A stretch of DNA of 62,849 bases, filler included, from Vannella sp. (taxonomy: Eukaryota): NCBI GenBank assembly GCA_023345925.1. It is 6 parts of 6 records of this genome, joined end to end, with 100 filler letters (N's around TTAATTAATTAA, not from the genome) between each part and the next. Parts side by side here need not be neighbours in the genome. Positions count along the whole stretch, not along the records: positions 13,885 to 35,619 come from JAJQQN010000652.1; 5 more parts are not named here. One strand, given 5' to 3'. Positions 24,626-35,719 of the stretch are shown in pieces. Every line of letters starts with the position of its first letter. Position 1 is the stretch's first letter. Made by a program: the position numbers and the translations under genes. Under the pieces are notes generated by a model. It saw only the letters and a list, made by a program, of their open reading frames with translations, had not been told where the DNA came from and made no database searches.

Positions 24626-25025
24626 CAAGCGCGATCGGCGAAGAAAGACAAAGAACGACTTTCCCTCTTTTTCGCTTCCCTTTCGCATACAAAGATCCTT
24701 GATATATCTCCCAAGTGCGACATTTTGGCGGGAGGAGACTTTGCGAGGAGAAAAGTGAAGTTGCAAGAGAAAGAGGAATTCCTGTCCCATAATTTTCCGG
24801 GCCGTAGCCATCAGGTCATAGTAAAGCAACGGATCCGCATCTGAAGCGGAGTTCCTCCTGAAGACTTCATCCAGCCATCTTTAATACTCATCGTCGTCAG
24901 ACATATCCTACCTCCCAAACTGAAGTCCGTGGAAACTCTTTTTCCTTCTTCCACGAGAATAGGGCATTCAATTCTTGGCAGAGTCCTTTGAGGAGGGAAG
25001 TTTTATTTGGATAGGAAAAAGGTTG

Positions 25026-26994
25026 CTAATGTTCTGGTGCTTCATCAGTAGAAGCGCTGCTGATCATGTAATCGGCCATCGAGACACTATTCCACTCCTC
25101 TGTGATGGGCAAGTGAACAAGGAAGTTGGCAATGCTGTCTTCTTTCTTTGAGCTGAAAGAGAGAACCCGGAATTCACCCCGATTGTCTCCTCCAGTGGTA
25201 GAGATGGTCACATCAGCCTGAGAGAGAAGCATGTCCCCGCTAATGATCTTGAATGCACTTCCAAACTGCTCCATAGCAACGGTTCGGATTGTTCCTGAAA
25301 CAGCAAAGACGTCTTTGGATGTATCCAAATGCATCAGAGACTGAACAGCCTCAGAAATCTTCCTCCTGTCCATCTCCTTCTTCCTCAACAGAATGGAAAT
25401 GGCCGAGCCCAGTGCCTCCTTATTCTTTGGCTTATTGGTGACCAAGTCAACCTCGCCAGCGATCTCCCACTTTTCGATACTCTGCTCAGGAGAAGACTTT
25501 GTCCTCACCCTCACTTGAATAATGAGCGATTTCTCTTGCCGAAGCTCAATGTCACTTTCGTTGATGTTCACAAAGGACTCTGTCACCGGCTGAGACTCGC
25601 ACTTGTCCAAGATCTCCTTCATCTTTCTATAACCGGCCCCGGAAGTGAGTAACTCCCCCAAACTACAGAAAGTGGGATACGGACGGGTTTGCTTTGAGGA
25701 GGAACTGGAACAGGTCGAACAACGGCTGCTCAGGGTTCTCTCTCTTGGGAATAAAGGCGCGCCAATGCCACTGCCGGTTGGTCCGCACAATTGGAGCAGA
25801 CAAGTCTTCGCGCGCGTCAACTCTGACACTCTGAAGGGTCTCCACTACAAGGCCAAAGAAGGTGCAGTGATCTAAGATAGCACTACAACCATCCTGAGTT
25901 CCTTCTACGGCTACATTAGAGCGGGTGGACTCAGTGGACTCGATAACGGCTTGGGCTAGCCGTTGAAGCTGCTTAGAAACGGGAAGATCCTCTTTTCCTC
26001 CGACAATCTTCCGAACCTCTGAGCACACAAAGTCATTCAAAGTCTCACGACCCTTCTCTGAGCTTTGTAGCTCCTTCCAGTCGGTCACGGCCAGGCGCAA
26101 AGACCAAGGCTCCTTCCCCTGTTGCTGAGGGTGGAAGTTGGCATGCGCTCCTGGGCTTGCCATGATGAATGTGTCTCCAGGTTGACAGTTGAAGAAGTAC
26201 AGCCGAAGGTTTGAGAGATCTGGGAAGGTGCCCTCCACGCAGGGACCAAGACGCCCTTGGGGCGTTGTCATTCGGTACAGGAAGTTGTTCTGGGTGACAT
26301 CAATCACTTCCTTGGTCTCCTTACGGATACAAAAGACCTTGCTGTGCCCCACATTGCAACAAATGAATGCCCAACGGTTCTCTCCTTCCGCTAGTTTCAC
26401 CAAGAGTCCTGCAAAGAGCTCCTTAGCACTCTTTCAGTCACTCATAACGCAGTTCCTCTCACCTCCAAGGAGCTGAGCTGTTCCACAAGACTTGGAATCG
26501 GTCTTACCGTCCACAATGTACTTGTGAGCCCGCCCGAACGCTCGTTGGAGAGCGTGAGCAGCTTCTCGTGTTGTTTCAAGGGAGTTCTGCACTCTAGCAA
26601 AGTAGATTAGTACAAGCCCTATGCCCAGGATGTCTAGAATGCCTCACCCGTGCATGTAATCAAGGAACCCAACGAGTGCGCGCTCCGCCGCCTCAACAGA
26701 AGAGGATCCAGCGAGTCCTCCGTCGGCCAAAGCCATCAGAACCTTGTCCTCAAAGAAGGAGCAAAAGTAGCGGTGCGAGAGAGGCAAGGCCGCCAAAGAG
26801 GAACTCGCTAACGTGCTAAAACTCTTCGCAGAGAAAACCTCCTTTCCACTGGGGTCCCGCAGCGTGTCAGGCGAGTCCCCACCAGGACCTCCAATACGCG
26901 AGAATGCATGGAAGTTCTTCGAAGCGAACCGATGGTTGGGCAAACGGCTGTGCTCACGAAACTCCATCACGTTCCCCACCGCCAAGAGGCTCAT
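25026..26994 (-). CDS. PP2C-like (CG9801-type) protein with degenerate metal ligands plus C-terminal extension
   Basis: ALADGG, NVGHSKVF, GRLGP...PDLSNL, ASPGAHANF, ILDHCT; clearly paralogous to 61555-62849; multi-exon. Confidence 0.7.
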
Positions 26995-27094
26995 CCCACT
27001 GGTCCCCGAACAAATGACGTAATAATGACCTCCAGTTTTGGTTTTTGGTTGATTGAAAGCGAGTAGTTTGTATTTCATTATTATTTGGCCTTTG

Positions 27095-27859
27095 ATGGAG
27101 TGTGGGGACTGCCCGAAGCTGGCGAGGCTTTTGCTTGAGTTGGAGGCGGTGGCGATGGAAAGCTCTTTCTCACAGCATTATGTTGCTCATGAACGAGGGA
27201 AGTGGCAGAAGGCGTGTGCGTGTGCGAAGACTCCAAGTGAGGTCATTCATTGCCTTCTCTGGTTTGAGCAGGAGATGAAAGCGGAGCTTATTAATGGGAA
27301 ATGGCGCGAGCACCGCGACGAGTGGGAGGATAAGCTGCTATCATCGTCACCCTCTTGCAATATGGTGGCTCTTGCTCTGTATGACTTTGAAAGCCACATG
27401 CTCTGGAAGGCGGTCTTTGATGTTTGGAGGAAAGATCGGAAGGCGTGGGCTCACTCAATCAGAGACCTTTACCCTTCTCGTTTGAAGACTCTCAGTGACT
27501 GCATGCTCACCTTAGAGAAGTACACCAAGTATGAAGTGATCTCCCAGCGGTGGCGAGGAGAACGAGCCAAATGGATCCACCGAACGTGTTTCTGTCGATG
27601 TACTGAAGAGCTGGCCTCTTCTGTTGTTCTATTGGAGACGAGACTTCTAGATAGCGCTATGAGAGATGAATGGCAGTCTCTCAGGCCCCACTGGAAGGAT
27701 CAATTACAAGAGGGAGAGGTGAGCATTCCTTTGCTGGCCGAGAAGATTCTTCAACTCGAGTCCCATCTACGGCCCACTTCTCTCGCCTCTCGGTGGGCCC
27801 GCGAGTTCCGCAGAGAATGGGTGGCTTCTTTGCAGAACATGGCTTGGGTTGGAAGGTAA
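27095..27859 (+). CDS. Protein of six tandem ~40-aa helical Trp-rich repeats (WHIM3/WSD-like)
   Basis: Repeating L-x2-LL-x-[LF]E...W-x3-R-x2-W pattern across the whole single-exon ORF. Confidence 0.65.
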   Translation: MECGDCPKLARLLLELEAVAMESSFSQHYVAHERGKWQKACACAKTPSEVIHCLLWFEQEMKAELINGKWREHRDEWEDKLLSSSPSCNMVALALYDFESHMLWKAVFDVWRKDRKAWAHSIRDLYPSRLKTLSDCMLTLEKYTKYEVISQRWRGERAKWIHRTCFCRCTEELASSVVLLETRLLDSAMRDEWQSLRPHWKDQLQEGEVSIPLLAEKILQLESHLRPTSLASRWAREFRREWVASLQNMAWVGR

Positions 27860-28042
27860 AAGGACGCTTCCTGAAGAAGCATTAGTCCCAAATAAAGACG
27901 AACTAAGTTGCGGCAGTCCAATTAAGGCAATAAGCGGCTCGATGGCCTGAGATCTCCGATCGTTTCTAGCAACCGGCGTTGAATCGATCGATTATCTTTT
28001 TCCGAAAAGTCTTTTTGGGTGTTGTTGGCCTCATTCTTTCCC

Positions 28043-28666
28043 ATGTCCGCGTGGAAACAAGCGGAGCGCTGGGTGATCACTCAAGGAGATCGGAGTCTAA
28101 CACAGGAGGATCGAGAGCACTTTAGAGTCTTGGTGGCCTCTCACAGCCTTACGAACTTCTCCAAGCTGGTTTTCCTCTCGATGACAGTCTCTTCCTCAGT
28201 CGACTTGCTATCTGATCTCTTTTCTATTGGGGTAGACCCAAACACAACCAACGATCGCGGCGAGACTCCCTTACATTGGGCAGCTCGACTGACTGGAGAA
28301 GCAGTTCCTCTGCTCCTTCAACATGGCGCGCAGATCAATGCTAGAGATCGGCTAGGGGATACACCGCTCAGCTTCGCCGCTGGAGCGGGAAATTACACGG
28401 CTCTCAAGGCTCTCCTCCGAGCTGGTGCCGACTTGTCCTCACGTAATAGAGCAGGGCTCTCTGCACTCCAAGTAGCTATCAAAGAAGATGAAGTCCGCTG
28501 CGCCAAAGTGTTAGTGAAGGCAGGAGCTCCTGTCTCAAATGACCAACTGCTTGAGCTCTCAGCAACCCAAAGAACAAAGATGCTGCGTGGTCTCCTGAAG
28601 TACCAACCCAAGCAAACTGATTCACCTCTCCATCAGAGACACGCCTCATTGAACGTGTTTGCGTAG
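28043..28666 (+). CDS. Ankyrin-repeat protein
   Basis: GETPLHWAA, GDTPLSFAA, GLSALQVAI. Confidence 0.85.
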   Translation: MSAWKQAERWVITQGDRSLTQEDREHFRVLVASHSLTNFSKLVFLSMTVSSSVDLLSDLFSIGVDPNTTNDRGETPLHWAARLTGEAVPLLLQHGAQINARDRLGDTPLSFAAGAGNYTALKALLRAGADLSSRNRAGLSALQVAIKEDEVRCAKVLVKAGAPVSNDQLLELSATQRTKMLRGLLKYQPKQTDSPLHQRHASLNVFA

Positions 28667-28949
28667 CTTGCCCTGATGACCTCCATCTCTTCAGGATAGG
28701 CTTTTGGACTGATTTTATTTTATCGCCGCATTTCCCCTTGTTTGGGTCCTCACCACTCGTGACTTCTCTCGTTGAGAAGAGCCAAAAAGTACCACGATTA
28801 AAACATATAAAAAGCTCATTCGTAATGGGTCGAATTTGAAGCCACTTTTCAACGGAGGGAGGTCGAAGCGTTGGTTGAGCGGTGAATTCTCCAAGAATTC
28901 TCTTGCTTCCCCCTTTTTTTCCCATTCCTTGCTTTCCGCTATTGAGCCC

Positions 28950-31706
28950 ATGTATCTTCCTACCTACAACGAGTACATAGTCTCGCTATCGAGGAAAGCA
29001 AAGAATCATTCAGCAAGGACCTATTCGTTCGGAGCAGAGAGCGCTCCAAGAGTTGCCCCGAAGCGTCCTCGGAAGGTCGAAGAGACCATCTCCAAACGAT
29101 TTGAGGGAGATCTTCGAGGAGGACTATTCTTCAAGGACATTCAAACGTGCCGCGACAACCGTGACGTCTACCTTTTCATCACCATCCAGGAGAAGATTCT
29201 GGCAACATTGGTCTCCGAGCCCTGCTATGTTGCACCCTGCTTCAAGGCCCTGCGCAAACACCCAACAAAGAAGAAGATGATCTCCCTCTACGACTTTCTC
29301 GAGTCCACTGCCGTTGCCTTTGCCAAAATCCACTGCCCTAACTCGGCCAATCAAGATCTGTTTGGACTTTTAGACCATGCCTCACCAACAACAGACTTAC
29401 CAGTTAACTATGGAAAGCAGATGAAGCATATTAGTAGCCCCATTGATCGAGAGCTTGATCACAGAGTCCACCCTCGATGTCATGGGTTTCTTCCCACCAG
29501 TTTGCAACGTACTGTCATTGATGCAGTGGATACAGGCGCCAACACTATCGTTCGATCCCCTACAGGTACAGGGAAAACGATGATGTCATTGTATCTGGCG
29601 CAACGGATGCACAATGCAGGCCGGGCGACGATCTACGTCGGTCCTACGAAGCCCGTGTGTAATGAGTTTGCGATTTTTGCCTACATCCAAGGTCTGCGTA
29701 TCTCAATTAACACAGAGGACTATAGCAGCCGGGATGAGATTCTTGAGGCAGTGAAGCAAAATGGAGTGTTGATCTTCACACCAGCTGAGCTGTATCGCGC
29801 TCTCACCTCACCCAAAACTGAGCTTTTGTCGCGGGTCGGTGCAATCGTTTTTGATGAGCTTCCACACATGCTATCTGGAAAGAATGATAGCATCTGCGCT
29901 CTTCTTTTGCTGATTAGTGCTGCTCAGAAGTGGCAGATAATGTCACTCTCTGCAACTATGGGGAACGATGTCATACGACTATTGCAAGAGATCAGCGATA
30001 CCCTTCTGATTGACAATTCGCAATCTCTTCGACCAACAGACTTGGTCCTTCATTCCTATCTTCCAAGCTTAGGTTATTTGCAAAGCATTGAAACAAACTC
30101 TCTCTATACCTCGGATTTGGTTTCACTCCCTCCACCTGAGAGACAGCAGATAGCCGCGCGAATTCCAATCTTTATCGAGGAGTTCTCGCGACTTTCTGGT
30201 AGATTTTCTGCGACAGACCTTAACACTGCCTTTCAGAGCGCGCTTCCAAACCCGAAAACTCTTCGGGGATCAGATCTAACCAAAATCGCTGTGGCGCTCC
30301 GAACTCCCGAACTTGCACCAACCCAGCCGATTCAGTCAAGCAGTAGTGTGGAACATAACGCTTCAGATGTTGTCAGTGAGAAAGATGGAAACGATATGTT
30401 CAAGTTCCTTCTCCATTTACGCTCTCAAGCACTGCTACCTGTCATGATTTTCCACTCCGATAGAAACCTTCTCAATCAGTATCACACAATGTGCACTGAG
30501 AGGTTGATCGCGATGGATCTCAAAATAACCGCTCAACAGCCACCAGCAGCTGCGTACAATACGGGCAAACCGAGGAAGAATCCAACCAACGAGGAACTCC
30601 AAGAGGCAGCGGAAACCCGCTACTTTCGACCACCCCCAATGTTTGGGATGCTTGAACGAGAGCAGTTGCGCGGTTTCTTCAAGCATCATGGACTGCATTT
30701 GGGCTTTGCCGGGCGTGCTGTTCAGAAATCACAATTCTATCCGGGCATTCGGCGTGGCTTGGGGATTCACCATCATGGAGTGGAGAGGCAGGCTCGGAAT
30801 GCCGTAGAAAGTGCGCTGCGATCGAAAGATATCCATGTGGTGTTTTGTGATGCCTCCCTGGCATTCGGATTGAATCTGCCGGTGAAGACTGTCGTCATGA
30901 TGACCGAGAATAACGAGATGTTGGAACCCAGCAAATTTCTGCAGGCAGCAGGACGAGCTGGTCGATGGGGGCATGAAAGCTGTGGGAACCTCATCTTCTA
31001 TGGAGGGACTCCGCCAGAGGCTCAAAACATTTGGAAACCCTTCCACTCGGTTAGGGAAGATTTTCCAACCACTTTTCAACACCTCTTGCCACTCCTTTCC
31101 TCAGTAAGCCCTGAAATGAAAGCCTGCATCTTGCGGATGATTGAACTCGACGTTCCTACTTGGGGATGGAATGGACAGTCCGCGTTTGATAACTTCGCCA
31201 AGGCTCTAGAGCTCCTGACCAAGCTAGGAGCCCTTTCCAACCCACGGAATAAGGCGTTTTCATTTGAAACCCGATACCAAATCACTCTCGGCGGGAAAGC
31301 TGTTCTGGCACTTGGAATGAGCGCAGAGAGTTATTTCTGCGGCTATTGCATTGCTAAAAAGCTACCTGAACTGGAACGTTTGATTCAAAGCTCCAAGGAC
31401 TTTTTCTTCTTCGTATCGCACTGCGTTGGATGGCGCAGTAATGTCACAGGCTATGGAACCCTGAAACCAGGTGTAGTTGATGCGGCGCTGTGGGAACTGA
31501 TCCAGATGGCCCGGGAGGAGTTTTTGGAGGTGTGGCCTCAAGCTAACATTTCTGAATCACTAGCAATCACATCTCTGTTCGTGGACGATCCTTCCCTTAT
31601 CAAAAGTGATCCTTTCCCTCACACCACTCAATCACTCCTCTATCACGTATCCAAGAAGGCCAAAGCCCTTCAAGCCATCGTAGGCTTTTCTATTGAATTA
31701 GAATGA
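28950..31706 (+). CDS. SF2 Ski2/DDX60-like RNA helicase, single ORF
   Basis: SPTGTGKT (I), PTKPVCNE (Ia), DELPH (II), SATMGN (III), RGLGIHHHG, LAFGLNLPVKTVV (V), QAAGRAGRWG (VI). Confidence 0.85.
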   Translation: MYLPTYNEYIVSLSRKAKNHSARTYSFGAESAPRVAPKRPRKVEETISKRFEGDLRGGLFFKDIQTCRDNRDVYLFITIQEKILATLVSEPCYVAPCFKALRKHPTKKKMISLYDFLESTAVAFAKIHCPNSANQDLFGLLDHASPTTDLPVNYGKQMKHISSPIDRELDHRVHPRCHGFLPTSLQRTVIDAVDTGANTIVRSPTGTGKTMMSLYLAQRMHNAGRATIYVGPTKPVCNEFAIFAYIQGLRISINTEDYSSRDEILEAVKQNGVLIFTPAELYRALTSPKTELLSRVGAIVFDELPHMLSGKNDSICALLLLISAAQKWQIMSLSATMGNDVIRLLQEISDTLLIDNSQSLRPTDLVLHSYLPSLGYLQSIETNSLYTSDLVSLPPPERQQIAARIPIFIEEFSRLSGRFSATDLNTAFQSALPNPKTLRGSDLTKIAVALRTPELAPTQPIQSSSSVEHNASDVVSEKDGNDMFKFLLHLRSQALLPVMIFHSDRNLLNQYHTMCTERLIAMDLKITAQQPPAAAYNTGKPRKNPTNEELQEAAETRYFRPPPMFGMLEREQLRGFFKHHGLHLGFAGRAVQKSQFYPGIRRGLGIHHHGVERQARNAVESALRSKDIHVVFCDASLAFGLNLPVKTVVMMTENNEMLEPSKFLQAAGRAGRWGHESCGNLIFYGGTPPEAQNIWKPFHSVREDFPTTFQHLLPLLSSVSPEMKACILRMIELDVPTWGWNGQSAFDNFAKALELLTKLGALSNPRNKAFSFETRYQITLGGKAVLALGMSAESYFCGYCIAKKLPELERLIQSSKDFFFFVSHCVGWRSNVTGYGTLKPGVVDAALWELIQMAREEFLEVWPQANISESLAITSLFVDDPSLIKSDPFPHTTQSLLYHVSKKAKALQAIVGFSIELE

Positions 31707-31857
31707 GTCAGATTGTTCCCATACTGATTTCCAGCCCTTGATTCAACCGCTCTCTTCACTAGATGGAGGTCAGGTTACTTTATAATAAACTGTTTCTCTG
31801 CACGTGTATTCATAATGTATAATCCATTCAAGTTCTACAAGCTGTATTCCCGGGAAA

Positions 31858-34800
31858 TCAGATCGGAAGTAAGCTTTTGATAGCGACTTTGGCACCAGCC
31901 CGGAGATTGCCAAGAGCAGAATCGAGGATGCCCTTCTGTTCTTTCGTCTGGGTGCTGAGTTCTTCGCGCCGTTGCTTTGCTTCATCTAATTGCATTTGCT
32001 CCAATTCACTTACAACACTTTCAAACTGGCCAAAGAATACCTCCAGGAAGCCCATAAATTCTTGGAAAGTCACTGTCTTCGCCTCTCCATAGAATTTGAG
32101 CAAATCTGCAAAATTGGCCACCAAAGATTGGGCCACCTCTTTGGACTCGGAACCAGCTGATAAGGCCTTTTTGGAGAAAGAAGCAAAGCAATCGATAAAG
32201 ACAGTATCCTTGCCCTTCTCAGCGATGATCAATTCACTCTCCAAGCGTTTAACACAGGGAAGCACATCCATATTCAATTCTGATACCACTGGAGCGATGT
32301 CATACTTGACAGCTTCTTTCAGAAACTCCATCTCAGCAAGCAGCTTCAGCAAATGAGGATAATCTTGCCGAATCACCCGAACAATAAAGTGAAGCAGAGT
32401 TATCTTTCCATTAACAGGTGATCGGCATTCATACAACTGCAAAGATAATTCCTGTGAGATGGCTGATTCGTAATTAAGGAGCCAATTACCTTTGGAAGAG
32501 AGTTAATCTTAAAGCCAAAAGCCCCACCGGCAATAGTGTTGCCGTTCATGTAGTTCCCAACTCCGAGTATTAGAGTCAGTAGTTCCTTGAACAGATCACT
32601 CTTTTGTACTCTGATTACCGCGCCTTTCATGAGTATAAGGCGCTGGTGAACATCCTCTCGACGCGGAAAGAAACTATGCTTCGTTACCAAGCTCTCCAAC
32701 CGCTCCTGATACTTTTGTACCTTCAAAGCCTGTTGGAGTGGTAAGTATTCACAACAAGGAGTAGCACAAAGCGGTACTTACAAGAAGAATGTATCTCTCA
32801 GGTCGATCCAGGAGTCCAACATCTCCAGTGTAACCTTTGAGTTGCTCCATCTCTTCCGCCGTGGGGCAGGAAGAGCTGAGGCCAAAAGAGTGATTTGGTG
32901 TAATGATTGACTCGTCTAAATTGTGTACTGCTTCCACTAACGTCTCTAAGGAGATCTTTGTGTGACTTGAGAGAACAATGGAAATGTTTTGAGATCGTCT
33001 TGACTCCAACAGATGGACCACTTTCGGCTTAGAAACTGGCTCTATCTCTGCTTCCTTCTTTTTTGCGACACCGAACAGCTTTTCCAACTCATCTGGATGA
33101 ACTTTGATGTGAGACTCGTCTAGTTTTTCCCAAAAAGTATCGACCGCAGCTTTGTAAGCCACTTTGGTCCAATTGAATCGTCGCATCTTGATTTTGGGTG
33201 TTATCAGCGGTTTTTTGGGATCACTATTCATCCCTGGCCCTCCTAGCATACCAGGCGGAGGTGGAGGGCCTCCCATTCCTGGTGGAGGAGGCGGGGGTGG
33301 TGGACCGCCCCCTGGTGGGGGAGGTGGGGGTGGTCCTTCACTTCCTGGTGGGGGAGGTGGCCCTTCCATTCCTGGTGGTGGAGGTGGTGGTGGGAGATCC
33401 CCACACGGCGCAAGTGGGACAGAACCTGTTGAAGGTGTTTTCCCAGGAAAAGAGTCCAAACGTATATCATACACCTCACATAATGAAGCGAGAAAATCAC
33501 TGACAAGTGTTTCCTCCTCGTCCTTGGGACCCACTTGAATGACACACTGCAAAGTATTCCGAATTAGTTTCCAAGAGCTCCTTCCGACTTCTCCTATACG
33601 AGGGAGAAATGGAATAAACTGTAAGAAGTCATTCAACATTCCCAAAAGGCCTGGGTATCCGTGAAGCTGAATGGACAGCTCCTTGCAGCTGGTAATAACA
33701 TCATTCACTTCTGAATGGATGCTGTAAACCGGGTGGCTCTCTACCAGATTGGTGAGCGTTTGATACGTGTCAATTTGCATGTAAAGGCCCTTAGAAGTGG
33801 GGCGAGACCCAAGGAGTAAGATCACAAGGTCCAAACTATGAGCTTTGCGAAAGGTTGCGCTCTCTGTCTCTTCCATTCGATTGATCATTGAATTGATCAA
33901 AGTGAGAACCGCCTCTTTCTCCTCCATTTCTGTTGTGCTCAAGGAAAGCAAATCGAGGAGCCGGACCATAATGGGAGCGGCTTCTTGGACAATTAGTTCA
34001 TGAGCTTCTCCTGCAATGAGCGCCATTCCTGCAAGAAGCTCCAACAATCTGACGCGGTCCTTTCCCTCATACTTGAAGATGGATTCAACAAAGGTACTCA
34101 CAGCGTCGCCAATCGCCAGTAAGGCCTTCAGTCCCTCCAAAACGTTTCCAATGGCAAAGAAAGAAGGGACGCATTCGCTTAGTATCTGACGCTCTACTCG
34201 CACGCGGGTGTTTTCTGGCTTCCTGATAAGCTTTTGGTACGCTTTCATCAACAACCTGACACCATCCAGCTTAATAAATGTCTCCAACCAGGACACAGAG
34301 GCATTCGTGAGAGCCACCTTCAATGAGAGAGCTGATTGTGGCGTTAGAGATGATAATTGACCAATATAGCTAGCAGGGGACTGCTTAGTTTGGCTAAGAA
34401 CCCGCTGGGTCTGATAGGAACAAATCAATTCCCACTGTTTCTCTGGTGGGAATGCTCGGAGAGCTCCTTGAGAAGCTTCTGGGATATTTGTATCTTGCTA
34501 CATCATAATTAGCCATTCCAGCTCTTGCTGAGAGTCTCTACTGACCATAAACTTCTCAAGTGACTTCGAAATCACTTCAATGGAAGGCAGTTCCCCTTCA
34601 GCAGCTCCCGGAGCGATAACGGTTGGTGAAGAGATGGAAAGAGGGTTTGTGGAGGCTTTCTTTTGGAACAGCTCCTCTCTCTCCTGTTGTTTGCGCTCGA
34701 TAACCGCTTTCACCCGCTCAAAGCAGATAGAGCACACTGATCGCGGCCCGTCGAAGAGCCTGGGATGCTTCAAAGTGTGGTCCAAGCAGTTTTGACAGAA

Positions 34801-35153
34801 GTAGCCACCACACAGGCTGTCCATCCCTCCTGGTGAGATCAGACCTGCCGTTGATCCCCTCATTTCACGTACGGACACCATCCCTGCGCGGAACCACTTA
34901 GCGGGGTGGGAAATAGATCAAAGGGGGATTCATTACCTTCTCTGATCTCCAGAACTGCAGCCCCGAGGCCTGGAACTCTGCGTTACAAGCGAAGCAGAGC
35001 CGCGATGGCTCCTCCCCCTCGTATGGAAGAGCCACTTCCCTCCCAAACTTCTCCACTCCCAATGGCTACCATTCTATCAGCTCCTCCAGCATCATCCCCC
35101 GTAACAAGTACCTGAAAGCCAGGAGGAGCGAACGGATGGCTGGTAAACGCCAT
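31858..35153 (-). CDS. Diaphanous-related formin (GBD/FH3, FH1, FH2, DAD) with N-terminal FYVE-like Zn finger
   Basis: SLKVALTNASVSWLETF (GBD), poly-Pro FH1, KMRRFNWTK, ILGVGNYMN...AFGFKI, TLLHFI, GILDSALGNL (DAD); spliced 5' exons give CFAC...CPLCGGYFCQNC...VCSIC. Confidence 0.88.
33240..33400 (-). repeat. Poly-proline (GPPPPPPG)n coding repeat, formin FH1
   Basis: Tandem GGT/GGA/GGG-rich tract on the + strand. Confidence 0.9.
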
Positions 35154-35258
35154 CTAATAAATAAGAAGCTCTGCCAAAACTCAAGTTCCGAAACCTCCTC
35201 AAGAAGGAATTCCCAATTTGGAAAAAAAGCAAAATTTAAAAATGTAGTTTCTAAGTTG

Positions 35259-35277
35259 AACCCTAAACCCTAAACCC
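35259..35277 (-). promoter_or_regulatory. Telo-box-like (TTTAGGG)n tract upstream of the formin gene
   Basis: aaccctaaaccctaaaccc, about 105 nt 5' of the formin ATG at 35153. Confidence 0.45.
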
Positions 35278-35384
35278 CTTTATCTCGACATCCTGGCAAT
35301 ATTTCTTTGAAGTTTCGCTTTATGCTTTTATAATTTGACGAGTAGTGACAGAGAGAGGTGTCACTCGCCACGGCTAACTACACG

Positions 35385-35396
35385 AGTCACGTGACT
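35385..35396. promoter_or_regulatory. Palindromic E-box/CLEAR-type motif AGTCACGTGACT
   Basis: Perfect 12-bp palindrome in non-coding DNA, with CCAAT nearby at about 35406. Confidence 0.4.
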
Positions 35397-35619
35397 ATTC
35401 TAGCACCAATCAAAATCCCATTCTCAACCAGCCGACGCAGCAAGCAGCTCCTGAAACATGGAAGCTTCGTGTACCTCTCATCCCCAAGATGAATCAAAAC
35501 ACAGCCTCCTTGCGTCAATGAACAAATCAAAGAACGCTGCAAGCCTTTCATTGTCCTCGATGATGCGCTTCCTCCCCAAAGAACCTATCGGGCAGCAGGT
35601 AAGCAAGGCCTTCTACTCT

Positions 35620-35719
35620 NNNNNNNNNNNNNNNNNNNNNNNNNNNNNNNNNNNNNNNNNNNNTTAATTAATTAANNNNNNNNNNNNNNNNNNNNNNNNN
35701 NNNNNNNNNNNNNNNNNNN
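35620..35719. other. Artificial contig spacer
   Basis: N44-TTAATTAATTAA-N44. Confidence 0.97.

Noticed and set aside
24626..24970. N-terminal extension of the YjiK-like ORF and a GGAGG Shine-Dalgarno-like motif near 24910
   Set aside because: The signal peptide starts at MKGLVL (24625). The GGAGGTAG is better read as a possible splice donor or chance match in a eukaryotic context; not enough support for a feature.
33164..33538. Gly-rich plus-strand ORF (GGGGGPPIP)
   Set aside because: Reverse complement of the formin poly-proline FH1.
35259..35277. True telomere or chromosome end
   Set aside because: Fewer than three units, internal, flanked by ordinary sequence; kept only as a promoter-motif candidate.
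35455..35619. Short contig-edge coding fragments here and at about 46360-46508
   Set aside because: Probably 3' ends of minus-strand genes cut by spacers; too short to identify.
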